Shown here one piece after another: positions 15,740 through 24,185 of a stretch of 32,000 nucleotides of DNA. The notes beneath the pieces are model-generated. The model made no database searches, was not told the DNA's origin, and saw only the letters and a program-made list of their open reading frames with translations. The DNA is from Micrococcus luteus NCTC 2665 (lineage in GTDB: Bacteria > Actinomycetota > Actinomycetes > Actinomycetales > Micrococcaceae): assembly GCF_000023205.1 (NCBI RefSeq), contig NC_012803.1:960001-992000 (forward strand), given 5' to 3'. The stretch's first letter is position 1. Each line of letters opens with the position of its first letter. Position numbers and translations under genes: made by a program.

Positions 15740-17868
15740 GCACCGTGCTGCTGTTGACGGCCGGCACGGGCCCGGCGGAGGGTCTGCTGCTGCAGGACCT
15801 GCGCGATAGCGGCCACGTGGTCGACGTCCTCGACGTCGCCTCGCACGCTTGGCTGCGCCGGCGTCCCGGCCTTGCCCCGGCCCCGCTCTACCCGTGGACC
15901 GGCACCCACGCCCTGCGCGCTGCCGGCGCCCAGATCGCGCGCGAGATGCACCGGGTCACGGCCGCGGGCGCCTACGACGCGATCCTCGCCTCCGGGCTCG
16001 GCGCCGCGGGCTTCGCCGCCCGGCATGTAGAGGAGGAGTTCATCCCCCTGCTCCGCCGCGGCGACCTGGACTTCTCGGCGGCCCGCAGGCACGCCGAGGA
16101 GGACTTCGCGGCCCTGACGCGGGCGGTCGACCGGCTGTTCCTCGAGGACGAATGGGAGTTCGACAAGGCCCTCTCGAAGGGGTCGTGGAGCGCCCACCTC
16201 CGCCATCCACGTCGAGCCCTGCCGCCCGAGTTGTTGCCTCCGCTGGCCGAAGAATTCGAGACGCCGAGCGTCGTCGTCCTCCACCCCGAACACGTCGACG
16301 CCGACCGCCTCGCGGCACAGATGGAGGCGCTCCAGACCGCGGTGGACACGGTGCCGGGCGCCTCGCTCCGCAGCCTCTCGGCCTCCGCCCTCTACCGCAC
16401 CCGCGACCTCGCCGCAGGACGCGCGTTCGACGCGGTCGCGGCGACCCGGCTCGGCGGCGCCACGCACGTGGTCCTCGTGGGCTCGTCGCGCGACCACACG
16501 GCCGTCGGCGAACTCCTGGTCGGCGCCGGCGTCGCGGAACGGTTGGTGGTGGAGGACACCATCGGCTCGGGCGCGTGGGCCGCGGGCCATCCGGGCGTGC
16601 GGACGGGGCGGGGGCTGCGCCTCGTCACGGAGCTCGCCGCGGCCCTGCGCGGGGGGCCCGAGCCTCACTCCGCCGTCGACACCGTCGACGCCGGCACCAC
16701 CGACCTGCTCGCCGCCTACCGCACGGCGATGACCGGTCTAGTGGACAGGACGTTCGAGGACCTCGCGGTGCTGCGGCACGACGGCCCGTTGGACGTGTTC
16801 TTCTCCACCTCGCCGCTCGAGGACCGCACCGACGGGGCCCGTCCCCAGCGGGTGCGCAACATGAACGACGCCCTCTCCGAGCCCGCCGCGGCGCTGCGGC
16901 TCTCCTCCGTCCCGGGCGTGTTCGACCGGCGGCTCCGGGTCCTGGACGATTCTCTCGCCGCCGGCCGTCCCCTCGGACTCCTCTACGGCGAGAACTCGAC
17001 GTCGCCGATCCCGGTCGGCCGGGTGACCGCCGCCCTCGCGGACGTCATGGCCCGCTTCTCGGCCGGCGGCGGCACGAGCGTCTGGTTCGTTCGTGACCTG
17101 CACTGGCTGGACGAGATCGACGGGTACCTCGAGGACGCCGACGCGCGGCGCGACGTCCAGGAGCGTGGGCTCGCCGAGTTCGACGCGATGGCGGCGGCCG
17201 CGGATCGGCTGGCGGCTCCGTCTGCGGAGTCCGGGGCGGGCTTCGACGCCCTGCTGGCCCGCCATGGCCGCGGGCCCGTGGACTGGCTGCCGCTGCCGCC
17301 TGCCGTGTCTCCGGCGAACACCGTCCCCGCCGACGCCCCGGCGATCGGCGAGGAGGGCGTCACCCTGCTGTACGCCGGAGGCGTGGGCGGGATCTACGGT
17401 CTGGGCCAGTATCTCACCGCCGTCGGGACGCTCGACCCGCAGGTGCGACTCGACTTCGTCGTGCGCGCGGGGGAGCGTTCTGTGTTGGAGGACATGCTGG
17501 CCGAGCACGGCCTGGCGGACCGACCCGGGCTGCGGATCACCACGGTCCCGCTCGAGTGGTACGTCCCCGCGACGAAGACCGTGGTGGGCCTGGTGCTGCT
17601 GGGCGGCGAGTACGTCCGGTTCAGCTTCCCCTACAAGACCATGTCCCTGATCGAGCGCGGCTACCCCGTGCTCTGCTTCGCGGACATGGGGATCGCCGAC
17701 TTCCTCGAGCGCAACCGCGTGGGGCTCGGTGTCGCGCGCTCCTCGGAGGCGATCCGCGCCGGCATCGACGCGCTCGTGCGGGACGGGGCGCCCGGCATGA
17801 CCGACGCCCAGCGCACGCAGTCCTGGGCCGCCCGGGTGGCCACCGCCCGGGCATCGGCCGAGGACTGA
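15736..17868 (+). CDS. Large hypothetical protein, 710 aa, weakly GT-B-like in both halves; function unknown
   Basis: The start overlaps the upstream stop as ATGA (15736-15739). Codon position 3 is strongly G/C throughout. Rossmann-like starts are MSTVLLLTAGTG, THVVLVGSS and VTLLYAGGVGGIYGLGQYL. The C-terminal FPYKTMSLIERGYPVLCF resembles the donor-binding helix region of GT1/GT4 enzymes, but there is no clean EX7E motif. Confidence 0.55.
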   Translation: MSTVLLLTAGTGPAEGLLLQDLRDSGHVVDVLDVASHAWLRRRPGLAPAPLYPWTGTHALRAAGAQIAREMHRVTAAGAYDAILASGLGAAGFAARHVEEEFIPLLRRGDLDFSAARRHAEEDFAALTRAVDRLFLEDEWEFDKALSKGSWSAHLRHPRRALPPELLPPLAEEFETPSVVVLHPEHVDADRLAAQMEALQTAVDTVPGASLRSLSASALYRTRDLAAGRAFDAVAATRLGGATHVVLVGSSRDHTAVGELLVGAGVAERLVVEDTIGSGAWAAGHPGVRTGRGLRLVTELAAALRGGPEPHSAVDTVDAGTTDLLAAYRTAMTGLVDRTFEDLAVLRHDGPLDVFFSTSPLEDRTDGARPQRVRNMNDALSEPAAALRLSSVPGVFDRRLRVLDDSLAAGRPLGLLYGENSTSPIPVGRVTAALADVMARFSAGGGTSVWFVRDLHWLDEIDGYLEDADARRDVQERGLAEFDAMAAAADRLAAPSAESGAGFDALLARHGRGPVDWLPLPPAVSPANTVPADAPAIGEEGVTLLYAGGVGGIYGLGQYLTAVGTLDPQVRLDFVVRAGERSVLEDMLAEHGLADRPGLRITTVPLEWYVPATKTVVGLVLLGGEYVRFSFPYKTMSLIERGYPVLCFADMGIADFLERNRVGLGVARSSEAIRAGIDALVRDGAPGMTDAQRTQSWAARVATARASAED

Positions 17869-17923
17869 GTCCCGGCCCCACCGGGGGCGCCCATCCGGGG
17901 ACCCGGCAGGGGCCCGCGACGGA

Positions 17924-20509
17924 TCACACCCCGGCGGGCCCGTCCGTCGTCTCCGCGGGGCTGAGCAGGGCCTGCATCCGCACCAGCACGGCTTCGGGCG
18001 CGTGCAGCCGCGCATGGTACGCGCGGGCCCGCTCCCGGCGCTCCCGCGCGGCCGCCGGCGCCTCCTCCAGCAGGCCCAGCACCGTGGCGAGGAGCGTGGC
18101 GTCGTCGGCTTCGATCGCCGGCGGGGCGCACTCGTCCGGCGCGGCAGTCACCGGCGGCCCGGCGACCACAGCGCTGCCCGCGGCCAGGGCCTGCAGGGCC
18201 GCGACCTCCAGTTCTCCCGTGTGCAGCGGAGCCACGACGACGTCGCCGTGGAACGCGTCGGGTCGACGACGGAACCGGGGACCCGACGGGGCCTCGACCG
18301 GGATCCCGCGTGCGGTGAGTTCCGCGACCAGCTCGTCCACCGCTGCCGACTCGGCCGAGGTGCGGTCCCCGGGCAGGACGAGCACGCTGCGGGGTGCGGA
18401 CGCGCCGTCAGGGTCGATTCCCCGGTCCGTCGGCGTCGGGATCGGTGCCGGCAGCCAGAGCACGCCCGGCGTCAGCAGAGCCTCCACGCGCCGGTAGGAG
18501 AGCACGGGGACTCCGGCGGCCAGGGCGGCCTGGAACGGGCGGCCCTGACGTCGGATGCGGCGGTCCAGCGCTGCCCGCGCGTCCGGGTCCAGTCCTCCCC
18601 AGGGGTGGCCGGGGGCGGCTGTCAGCCGTCGGTCGACGCCGGCGAGGATCCGCTCGCCGGCCACCAGGGCGACCCGACGTCCCCGAGCCCGGAGGGAGAG
18701 CAGTTCGTGGACGGGGGACTGCTCGGCCCGGCCCCACAGCGGCCCCTCGCCCCCGCTGAGGACCGTGCCGTGGGCACGGTCGTCCGTGACCCAGTCGTGC
18801 AGGACGCCCCAGACCGCCTCGGGCCCGCCCACGGCGAGGCCGCGGCCCTCGGGGACCTCCCGGGGCGGCCGCTGCGTCGCGGGGCCGGCGTCGGCGGGCC
18901 AGGCGTCCAGGAGGGGTCGGACCGTGGGCGGGTCGCCCACGACCAGGAGCCCGCGGGGCTGGGGCTCGCGCGCGGGGTCAGGGGCGATCTCCACGGGCGG
19001 CGGCGCGACGGGCGTGGGCACGAGACGCCGCCAGAGACCGTGCAGCGCCCGCTCGGCGGCCTCCCACCCGTGGCGGGCGGTGATCTCCGGGGAGCGCGCG
19101 GCCGCGGCCAGCTCGGTCCGTCGCGCCAGGAGGACGCGCACCGCCCGGGCGAAGTCCGCCGCGTCCCCGGGGGTGAACACGGTCCCCACCCCCTGCTCCC
19201 GGACGAACCGGGCCTGCTCGCGCAGGTCGGACACGACCAGCGGCAGACCCGCCAGCAGGCATTCACGCAGCTTGGTGGCGACGGCGCTCTCGTGGGCCGG
19301 GGTGGGGAGCAGAGGGCTCACGCCCGCAGTGGCGGAGGAGACGTACCACGTCACAGAGGCCGAGGGCACGTAGTCGACGAGGTGCATCCGGTCGGTGACG
19401 TCGAGCTGGGCCGCCCGGTCGCGCAGGGCCTGCCGGGCGGCGGGGTCGGGGGAGCCCACGAACGCGACGTGGACGCCGGGCAGCAGCGGCAGGGCGTCCA
19501 CCAGCGTGCCCACGCCGCGGACCTCCGCCAGCTTGCCGACGTAGACGAGCAGCGGGACGTCGTCGGACAGGCCCAGCTCGGTGCGCAGGGGCAGGCGCTC
19601 GGCCGGGTCCATCGGGACCTGCGTGCCCCACGGGCCGTTGATCACCGTCACGGGGCGTTCCGGCAGGGCGTGGTACTCGCGCATCCGGTCCGCCAGTCCG
19701 TCCGTGACGGCGACGACGGCGTCGGCCTCGTGGATCAGCTCGGCCTCGGCTGCCTTCCACGCGATGCGCTGATCCACGGGCCCGGGCATCATCTGGCCGG
19801 GCAGCCACTCGTGGGCGTCGTAGACCCACGGCACCGGCGGCAGGCCGCGCGCGGCGCGGTAGCGGTCGTAGGCGGCCGCAGCGGGCAGGGGATGGCGGTC
19901 GTGCACGTGGACGAGGTCGGGCGCGAGGTCGATCAGGGCACGCAGGAAGCCGTCCTCGTAGTCCGCGATCAGGGGCCAGACTTCGCGCCAGGCGCCGGTC
20001 CGCCCGGCGGTGAAGTTCTTCAGCGCGCGCCGTCCCCGCGTTGCGGCCGGGCCTCGGCGGCCCCGCGCCGGGGCGAGGCGGTCCAGGCGACGGGCGGCCC
20101 GGCCGAGTCGGCCACGGGCCCCGTCGGGCAGGGCGTGGGGCGACAGCCCGCGCACCACGGCCTGCGGCAGGCCCGCCCCGGCCTCGTGGGCGAGGTCCCA
20201 GGCGGTCATCGCCGCGGCTTCCTCGGGGTCCAGCACGGCGGACCAGTCCGTCGAGTCCGGCCGGGCGGTCCCGTGCAGGGTCTGCCAGGCCAGGTGCCGC
20301 CGGAACGTCACGGGCACGCGCAGGATGGGCACGGAGCCGTACCGGCCGAGGTTGAACGTGGTGCGGTGCGAGACACCGACGACGACGACCTCGTAGCCGG
20401 CGCGCACCGCAGAGACCGCGGCCTTCTCCACACGCGAGTCTCCGACGACTTGGTTCCCCACCAGCATCGCCATCCGGGGACGGCGGGGGGCGGGCGTGGC
20501 GACAGGCAT
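17924..20509 (-). CDS. Multi-domain glycosyltransferase, 861 aa (N-terminal GT4-like domain plus a ~345-aa second GT-B-like or unknown region)
   Basis: ATG 20509 is preceded by GGAGGAG (reverse complement of 20514-20520). The N-terminal domain reads MAMLVGNQVVGDSRVEKAAVSAVRAGYEVVVVG...VHVHDRHPL...VYDAHEW...LLVYVGKLAEVRGVGTLVDAL...HESAVATKLRECLLAGLPLVVSDL. The C-terminal region (about 18960 to 17924) contains LLVVGDPP...VLVLPGD...VVVAPLHTGELEVAALQALAAGSAVVAG. Confidence 0.75.
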   Translation of the reverse strand: MPVATPAPRRPRMAMLVGNQVVGDSRVEKAAVSAVRAGYEVVVVGVSHRTTFNLGRYGSVPILRVPVTFRRHLAWQTLHGTARPDSTDWSAVLDPEEAAAMTAWDLAHEAGAGLPQAVVRGLSPHALPDGARGRLGRAARRLDRLAPARGRRGPAATRGRRALKNFTAGRTGAWREVWPLIADYEDGFLRALIDLAPDLVHVHDRHPLPAAAAYDRYRAARGLPPVPWVYDAHEWLPGQMMPGPVDQRIAWKAAEAELIHEADAVVAVTDGLADRMREYHALPERPVTVINGPWGTQVPMDPAERLPLRTELGLSDDVPLLVYVGKLAEVRGVGTLVDALPLLPGVHVAFVGSPDPAARQALRDRAAQLDVTDRMHLVDYVPSASVTWYVSSATAGVSPLLPTPAHESAVATKLRECLLAGLPLVVSDLREQARFVREQGVGTVFTPGDAADFARAVRVLLARRTELAAAARSPEITARHGWEAAERALHGLWRRLVPTPVAPPPVEIAPDPAREPQPRGLLVVGDPPTVRPLLDAWPADAGPATQRPPREVPEGRGLAVGGPEAVWGVLHDWVTDDRAHGTVLSGGEGPLWGRAEQSPVHELLSLRARGRRVALVAGERILAGVDRRLTAAPGHPWGGLDPDARAALDRRIRRQGRPFQAALAAGVPVLSYRRVEALLTPGVLWLPAPIPTPTDRGIDPDGASAPRSVLVLPGDRTSAESAAVDELVAELTARGIPVEAPSGPRFRRRPDAFHGDVVVAPLHTGELEVAALQALAAGSAVVAGPPVTAAPDECAPPAIEADDATLLATVLGLLEEAPAAARERRERARAYHARLHAPEAVLVRMQALLSPAETTDGPAGV

Positions 20510-20529
20510 GGGGCTCCTCCTCAGCGGGG

Positions 20530-22326
20530 TCAGGTGGCGGCGCCCCCCAGGATCCGACGGACCAGGGCAGGCACGACGTCCTCCTCAGCATAGGTGTGTG
20601 CCACGTCTCGCCGGGCCTGGGCGACGGCGGACCGCCAGGCCCGCGCGTCGGCGGTGGCGGCGCGCACGGACGCGGCCATGGTGGCCACATCCGGGCTCAG
20701 CCACGCGGCGGGGTAGAGCAGGTCGGCGCCCGCCCACGCCAGCGCGGCCGGCAGACAGCCGTGCGCGGCGCCGTCGGGCAGCGTGAAGTGGAACGACTCG
20801 AAGTCCGAGACGGAGAGCGCGACGCCCACCCGGGCGTACCACGCGGGCATGTCCGGCCCGTGGGGGTCCCAGGCCACGGCTCCGGCGAGCAGCGGGTCGG
20901 TCTCGATGCGGTGCAGCTGCGCCCGGTAGTAGGCCGCTGCGGCGGGGCGCTGCGCCATCCAGCCGACCTCCTCCGGGTGGTGGCCGCGGATCCGGAGCGT
21001 GTGGCGGGGCTCGGTCCGGCGGAGCGTGGCCAGCAGGTCGAGGGCGCGGTGCAGTCCCTTCCGCTCGGGCAGCACGCCGACCAGACCGAGCACGAAGCGC
21101 CGGCCGTCGTCGCCGTCCGGGAGCGTGGGCGGCACGGCCACGGCGTTCGGCACCACCGAGGTCCGCGCGGCCGGGAAGCGGGTGTCCCGCAGCACCTGGG
21201 CGCGCACGTGCTCGGCCACGAACACCCACTCGTCCAGGGCGTCCTGACGCACCCGGGACGGGAACGCGGTGCCCGCCTCCTGCAGGTGGAGCCTGCTGGT
21301 CAACCGCGTGGTGCGGTGCGGGGAGTCCAGGTGCCGGGAATACCAGGCGAGATTGCCGAGGCTCCATTCGCAGTGCACCACGTCCGCCCACGCGGCCAGG
21401 GCGCGGCTGCGCTCGACGTCGTGGCGGGCGTGGCCGCGCCAGGCGTCCACGCGCACCTCGTGCCCGTCCGCCCGCAGCCGGTCCATCAGCGCGCCCGCGA
21501 ACTTCAGGTCGTGGCCGGCGACGACGACGCGGCGCGGCTCCGCGGTCACCCGCACCCGGGGCGCGGATGCGGCGGGTGGGCCGGTGGCCTCGGCGGGCGT
21601 GAGCGAGTCCAGGCGAGCCGCCCGGCCGGCGGCGGCCAGGCGCTCCCACGTCTCACCTGCCCGGTCCGGTCCGATCACGGCGCGGCCCGCGCGTGCGGCC
21701 ACGCTGGCGAGCACGGGGTCCAGCCGGGTCCCCTCCGGCGCGAGGACGGCGTCGACGAGCCCCAGTGCGGCGAGGGCCCGCGCCCGTCCGGCCGCCGTCG
21801 CCGGGTCCGGGCACACGACGACGAGCACCCCGGGGAGGCGGGCTTCGGCGGTGCGCAGGGCGGCGATCAGGGCCCCGCGGGAGGCGGGGTCAGTCACCAG
21901 CACCGTGTGCAGGCCGGGCGCGCCGGCGGGCTTCTCCAGGTCCGCGCAGCGCCGGGCGGCCAGCTCGGCTGCCGCCTCGACGGACCAGCCGTGCGCGGCC
22001 GGCCCGTCCACCGGCAGGAGCAGGACGGCCGGCGCGGCGGCCGGCCGGGGCCCGAGGGGGGAGAACGCGTCGAGGGAGGGGTCGCGCGCACCCGTCAGGG
22101 CGCGGCGCAGCGCCGCCGCAGCCGGGAGCGGGAGCGCGGTCGCCGCGTCCGGCACGTGCACGTCCGACGCACGCCAGGTGCGCTCCGGGAGGGTAGCCGC
22201 GCCCCGGGCGCCGCGCGCCGCGCGGAGGGCCGCGGCGCCGGCGTCGCCGGCCGTGGCGGCCGCCCGCTCGCCCACGATGCGGGCCCGGCCCGCCCAGCGA
22301 CGCAGCCGCGCCCCGGCCGTGTTCAC
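20530..22326 (-). CDS. Glycosyltransferase, 598 aa: an unknown ~260-aa N-terminal region plus a C-terminal GT4-like module paralogous to 5818-6802
   Basis: I chose GTG 22326 as the start because it overlaps the ABC ATPase stop (GTGA). The listed 668-aa ORF would run 210 nt into that gene. The C-terminal module reads VVVAGHDLKFAGALMDRL...WADVVHCEWSLGNLAWY...VVPNAVAV...GRRFVLGLVGVLPERKGLHRALDLL...ESFHFTLPDGAAHGCLP. Confidence 0.7.
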   Translation of the reverse strand: MNTAGARLRRWAGRARIVGERAAATAGDAGAAALRAARGARGAATLPERTWRASDVHVPDAATALPLPAAAALRRALTGARDPSLDAFSPLGPRPAAAPAVLLLPVDGPAAHGWSVEAAAELAARRCADLEKPAGAPGLHTVLVTDPASRGALIAALRTAEARLPGVLVVVCPDPATAAGRARALAALGLVDAVLAPEGTRLDPVLASVAARAGRAVIGPDRAGETWERLAAAGRAARLDSLTPAEATGPPAASAPRVRVTAEPRRVVVAGHDLKFAGALMDRLRADGHEVRVDAWRGHARHDVERSRALAAWADVVHCEWSLGNLAWYSRHLDSPHRTTRLTSRLHLQEAGTAFPSRVRQDALDEWVFVAEHVRAQVLRDTRFPAARTSVVPNAVAVPPTLPDGDDGRRFVLGLVGVLPERKGLHRALDLLATLRRTEPRHTLRIRGHHPEEVGWMAQRPAAAAYYRAQLHRIETDPLLAGAVAWDPHGPDMPAWYARVGVALSVSDFESFHFTLPDGAAHGCLPAALAWAGADLLYPAAWLSPDVATMAASVRAATADARAWRSAVAQARRDVAHTYAEEDVVPALVRRILGGAAT

Positions 22327-23198
22327 AGCGCGGTGATCCCGGTGGGCCGCTCGCCGCCGGTCCACGCGATGCGCTCCCGCACGAGCTCCGACCGCTTGCG
22401 CTCGAGGATCTCCTGGGCCTCCTCGGTCCGCCCCTGGGCCATGGCCCGGGCGTAGAGGTTGTAGCCGCGCGTCACCGCGCGAGGGCTGCCGTTCATCGTC
22501 AGGACGCCCCGCTCGATCCAGATCACGCGCTGGCACATCTCCTGGATGGTGCTGAGGGAGTGGCTGACCAGGAACACGCAGCCGGCCTGCTCGCGCAGCT
22601 CGTCGAGCCGCTGACGCGTGCGCTCCCGGAACTGGGCGTCGCCCGTGTTGAGCGCCTCGTCGATCACGAGGATGTCCGGGTCCACCGAGGTGGCGATCGC
22701 GAACTGCAGGCGCGCGGCCATGCCCGAGGAGTACGCCTTGAGCGGCAGCTGGAGCGCGTGGTCGTCGAGGCCCGACAGGGCGACGACGGCGTCTCGCTTG
22801 GCCTCCGCCTCCGCGCGGGACATCCCCATCGCCAGGCAGCCCAGCCGGATGTTGTCCTCACCGGACACCTGGCGGACGAGTGCGGCGTTGACGCCCAGCA
22901 TCACGGGCGTGGAGGTCGCGTAGATGTGGCCGGTGGTCGGGCGCATCTGGCCGGTGATGAGCTTCATCAGGGTGGACTTGCCGGACCCGTTCGTGCCGAT
23001 CACGCCCACAGACTCGCCGCGTCCCACCACGAATGACAGCGGCTGCAGCGCCTGGACCTCCGTGGTGCGAACGCCACGGGCGGCGCGGACCCGTCCCCGC
23101 AGACCCCGGCGGGGCTGGACCGCTTCGGCCGAGTGGACGCGGTAGGTCATGGACGCCTCGTCGACGACGACGGAGGGGGTCAGGGGCTCCGCGCTCAT
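22323..23198 (-). CDS. Polysaccharide/teichoic-acid-type ABC exporter ATP-binding protein (Wzt/TagH/KpsT class), 291 aa
   Basis: The start overlaps the permease stop as ATGA (23195-23198). Walker A is GTNGSGKST, the signature is YSSGMAARL, Walker B is ILVIDEAL and the H-loop is LVSHS. Only about 50 aa follow the NBD. Confidence 0.9.
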   Translation of the reverse strand: MSAEPLTPSVVVDEASMTYRVHSAEAVQPRRGLRGRVRAARGVRTTEVQALQPLSFVVGRGESVGVIGTNGSGKSTLMKLITGQMRPTTGHIYATSTPVMLGVNAALVRQVSGEDNIRLGCLAMGMSRAEAEAKRDAVVALSGLDDHALQLPLKAYSSGMAARLQFAIATSVDPDILVIDEALNTGDAQFRERTRQRLDELREQAGCVFLVSHSLSTIQEMCQRVIWIERGVLTMNGSPRAVTRGYNLYARAMAQGRTEEAQEILERKRSELVRERIAWTGGERPTGITAL

Positions 23199-24103
23199 CG
23201 TTCCTCCCCGTAGGTCTCCTCGGCGCGCCAGAACACCACGGTCCCCACCACGAGCAGGGCCGCCGTCCACGCTGCGAGGACGATCCACCGCATCGGGTCG
23301 GCGTCGGAGGCGTACAGCAGGGACTGGCGCGCGATGTCCAGGACGCAGTACAGGGGGTTCAGATGCATGGCGGTCATCAGTGGCGGGATGTTCGCGAAGC
23401 GGTCGGCGCTGAAGAACACGGCGGAGATGTAGAGCCAGATCCGGGTGCCGAACGCGATGAGGTTGGACAGGTCGGACCAGCGGGCCACGTAGCGGGCCAG
23501 CAGGAGGGAGGCGCCGACGTTGAACAGCGTCTGCAGCGCCAGGAGGGGGATCAGCAGCAGCCAGCGCCACGTGATCTGCTCCATCGGCGGGATGGCGAGG
23601 ACCAGCACCAGCATCACCACCAGCGTCGGGCCGAAGAGCATCAGCTCTCGGATGTTCGTCGCGATCGGCAGGGTGGCCCGCGGGAAGCGGAAGGCGCGGA
23701 CGATGGAGAGGTTGGTCGAGATCGAACGCGACCCCGCCGTGATCGCGCTCGAGGTGTAGCGGAACAGGAACACGCCGATGATCAGGTAGCCGAGGAAGTT
23801 CGGCACGCCGCGGCCGGTGCCCAGCAGCAGCCCGAACACGAGGAAGTACGCCGCACCGTCGAGGATCGGGTTGAGGACCATCCAGACGCGGCCGAGCGCG
23901 TTGACGGAGTTCGCCCCGGCGATCCGGGAGCGGGAGTCGAACAGGATGAACGAGCGGTACTCCCACAGGGAGGCCAGGTAGCGCGCCAGGCCCGGGCGAG
24001 CGCCCACTCGGCGCAGGCCGGCTCCGTCCACGGTCAGGACCGCGGTGCCGCTCGGGACGCGGGGGTCGCCGGTGTCTGACATGCCGTCGCGGCCTCTCTT
24101 CAT
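23195..24103 (-). CDS. ABC-2-type polysaccharide exporter permease (Wzm/TagG/KpsM class), 302 aa (295 aa if it starts at ATG 24082)
   Basis: Six predicted TM segments and family-typical blocks are present (LWEYRSFILFDSRSRIAGANSVNALGRVWMVLNPIL...IIGVFLFRY...HLNPLYCVLDIARQ). ATG 24082 has a better SD (AGAGAGG about 12 nt upstream) than ATG 24103. Confidence 0.85.
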   Translation of the reverse strand: MKRGRDGMSDTGDPRVPSGTAVLTVDGAGLRRVGARPGLARYLASLWEYRSFILFDSRSRIAGANSVNALGRVWMVLNPILDGAAYFLVFGLLLGTGRGVPNFLGYLIIGVFLFRYTSSAITAGSRSISTNLSIVRAFRFPRATLPIATNIRELMLFGPTLVVMLVLVLAIPPMEQITWRWLLLIPLLALQTLFNVGASLLLARYVARWSDLSNLIAFGTRIWLYISAVFFSADRFANIPPLMTAMHLNPLYCVLDIARQSLLYASDADPMRWIVLAAWTAALLVVGTVVFWRAEETYGEER

Positions 24104-24145
24104 GCAGGCGGGAAGGCGGGCCGGGGCGGCCCGCCGCGAGTCGCC

Positions 24146-24155
24146 ACTCTAGCAA
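24146..24155 (-). promoter_or_regulatory. Candidate extended -10 element TTGCTAGAGT (minus strand) for the wzm-wzt-GT-GT operon
   Basis: The reverse complement of 24146-24155 reads TTGCTAGAGT. It lies 43 nt upstream of ATG 24103 in the 156-bp divergent gap and nearly matches TTGCTAGGGT at 3774-3783. Confidence 0.3.
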
Positions 24156-24179
24156 CCGGCGGTGCGGCGGCGCCGTCAG

Positions 24180-24185
24180 TAGACT
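24180..24185 (+). promoter_or_regulatory. Candidate -10 hexamer TAGACT for wecB
   Basis: It lies in the divergent gap, 75 nt upstream of GTG 24260 and 28 bp from the opposite-strand TAGAGT. The local context GTAGACTGG is identical to 1410-1418. Confidence 0.3.

Noticed and set aside
17869-17923. A terminator expected in the 55-bp convergent gap between the 710-aa and 861-aa genes
   Set aside because: Only very short GC stems (for example GCCCC-ACC-GGGGC) are visible. Nothing compares with the hairpins at 25445-25482 or 31574-31608, so no feature is called.
18002-20593. An 863-aa ORF on the plus strand, almost exactly antisense to the 861-aa glycosyltransferase
   Set aside because: The minus-strand frame carries GT4 motifs, a strong GGAGGAG SD and operon context downstream of wzm-wzt. 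The plus-strand product is low-complexity Arg/Gly-rich and has no upstream signals.
20530-22536. A 668-aa version of the HDLKF glycosyltransferase starting at 22536
   Set aside because: It would overlap the last 210 nt of the ABC ATPase gene with an Arg/Asp/Pro-rich extension. GTG 22326 overlaps the ATPase stop (GTGA), matching the coupling seen throughout the locus.
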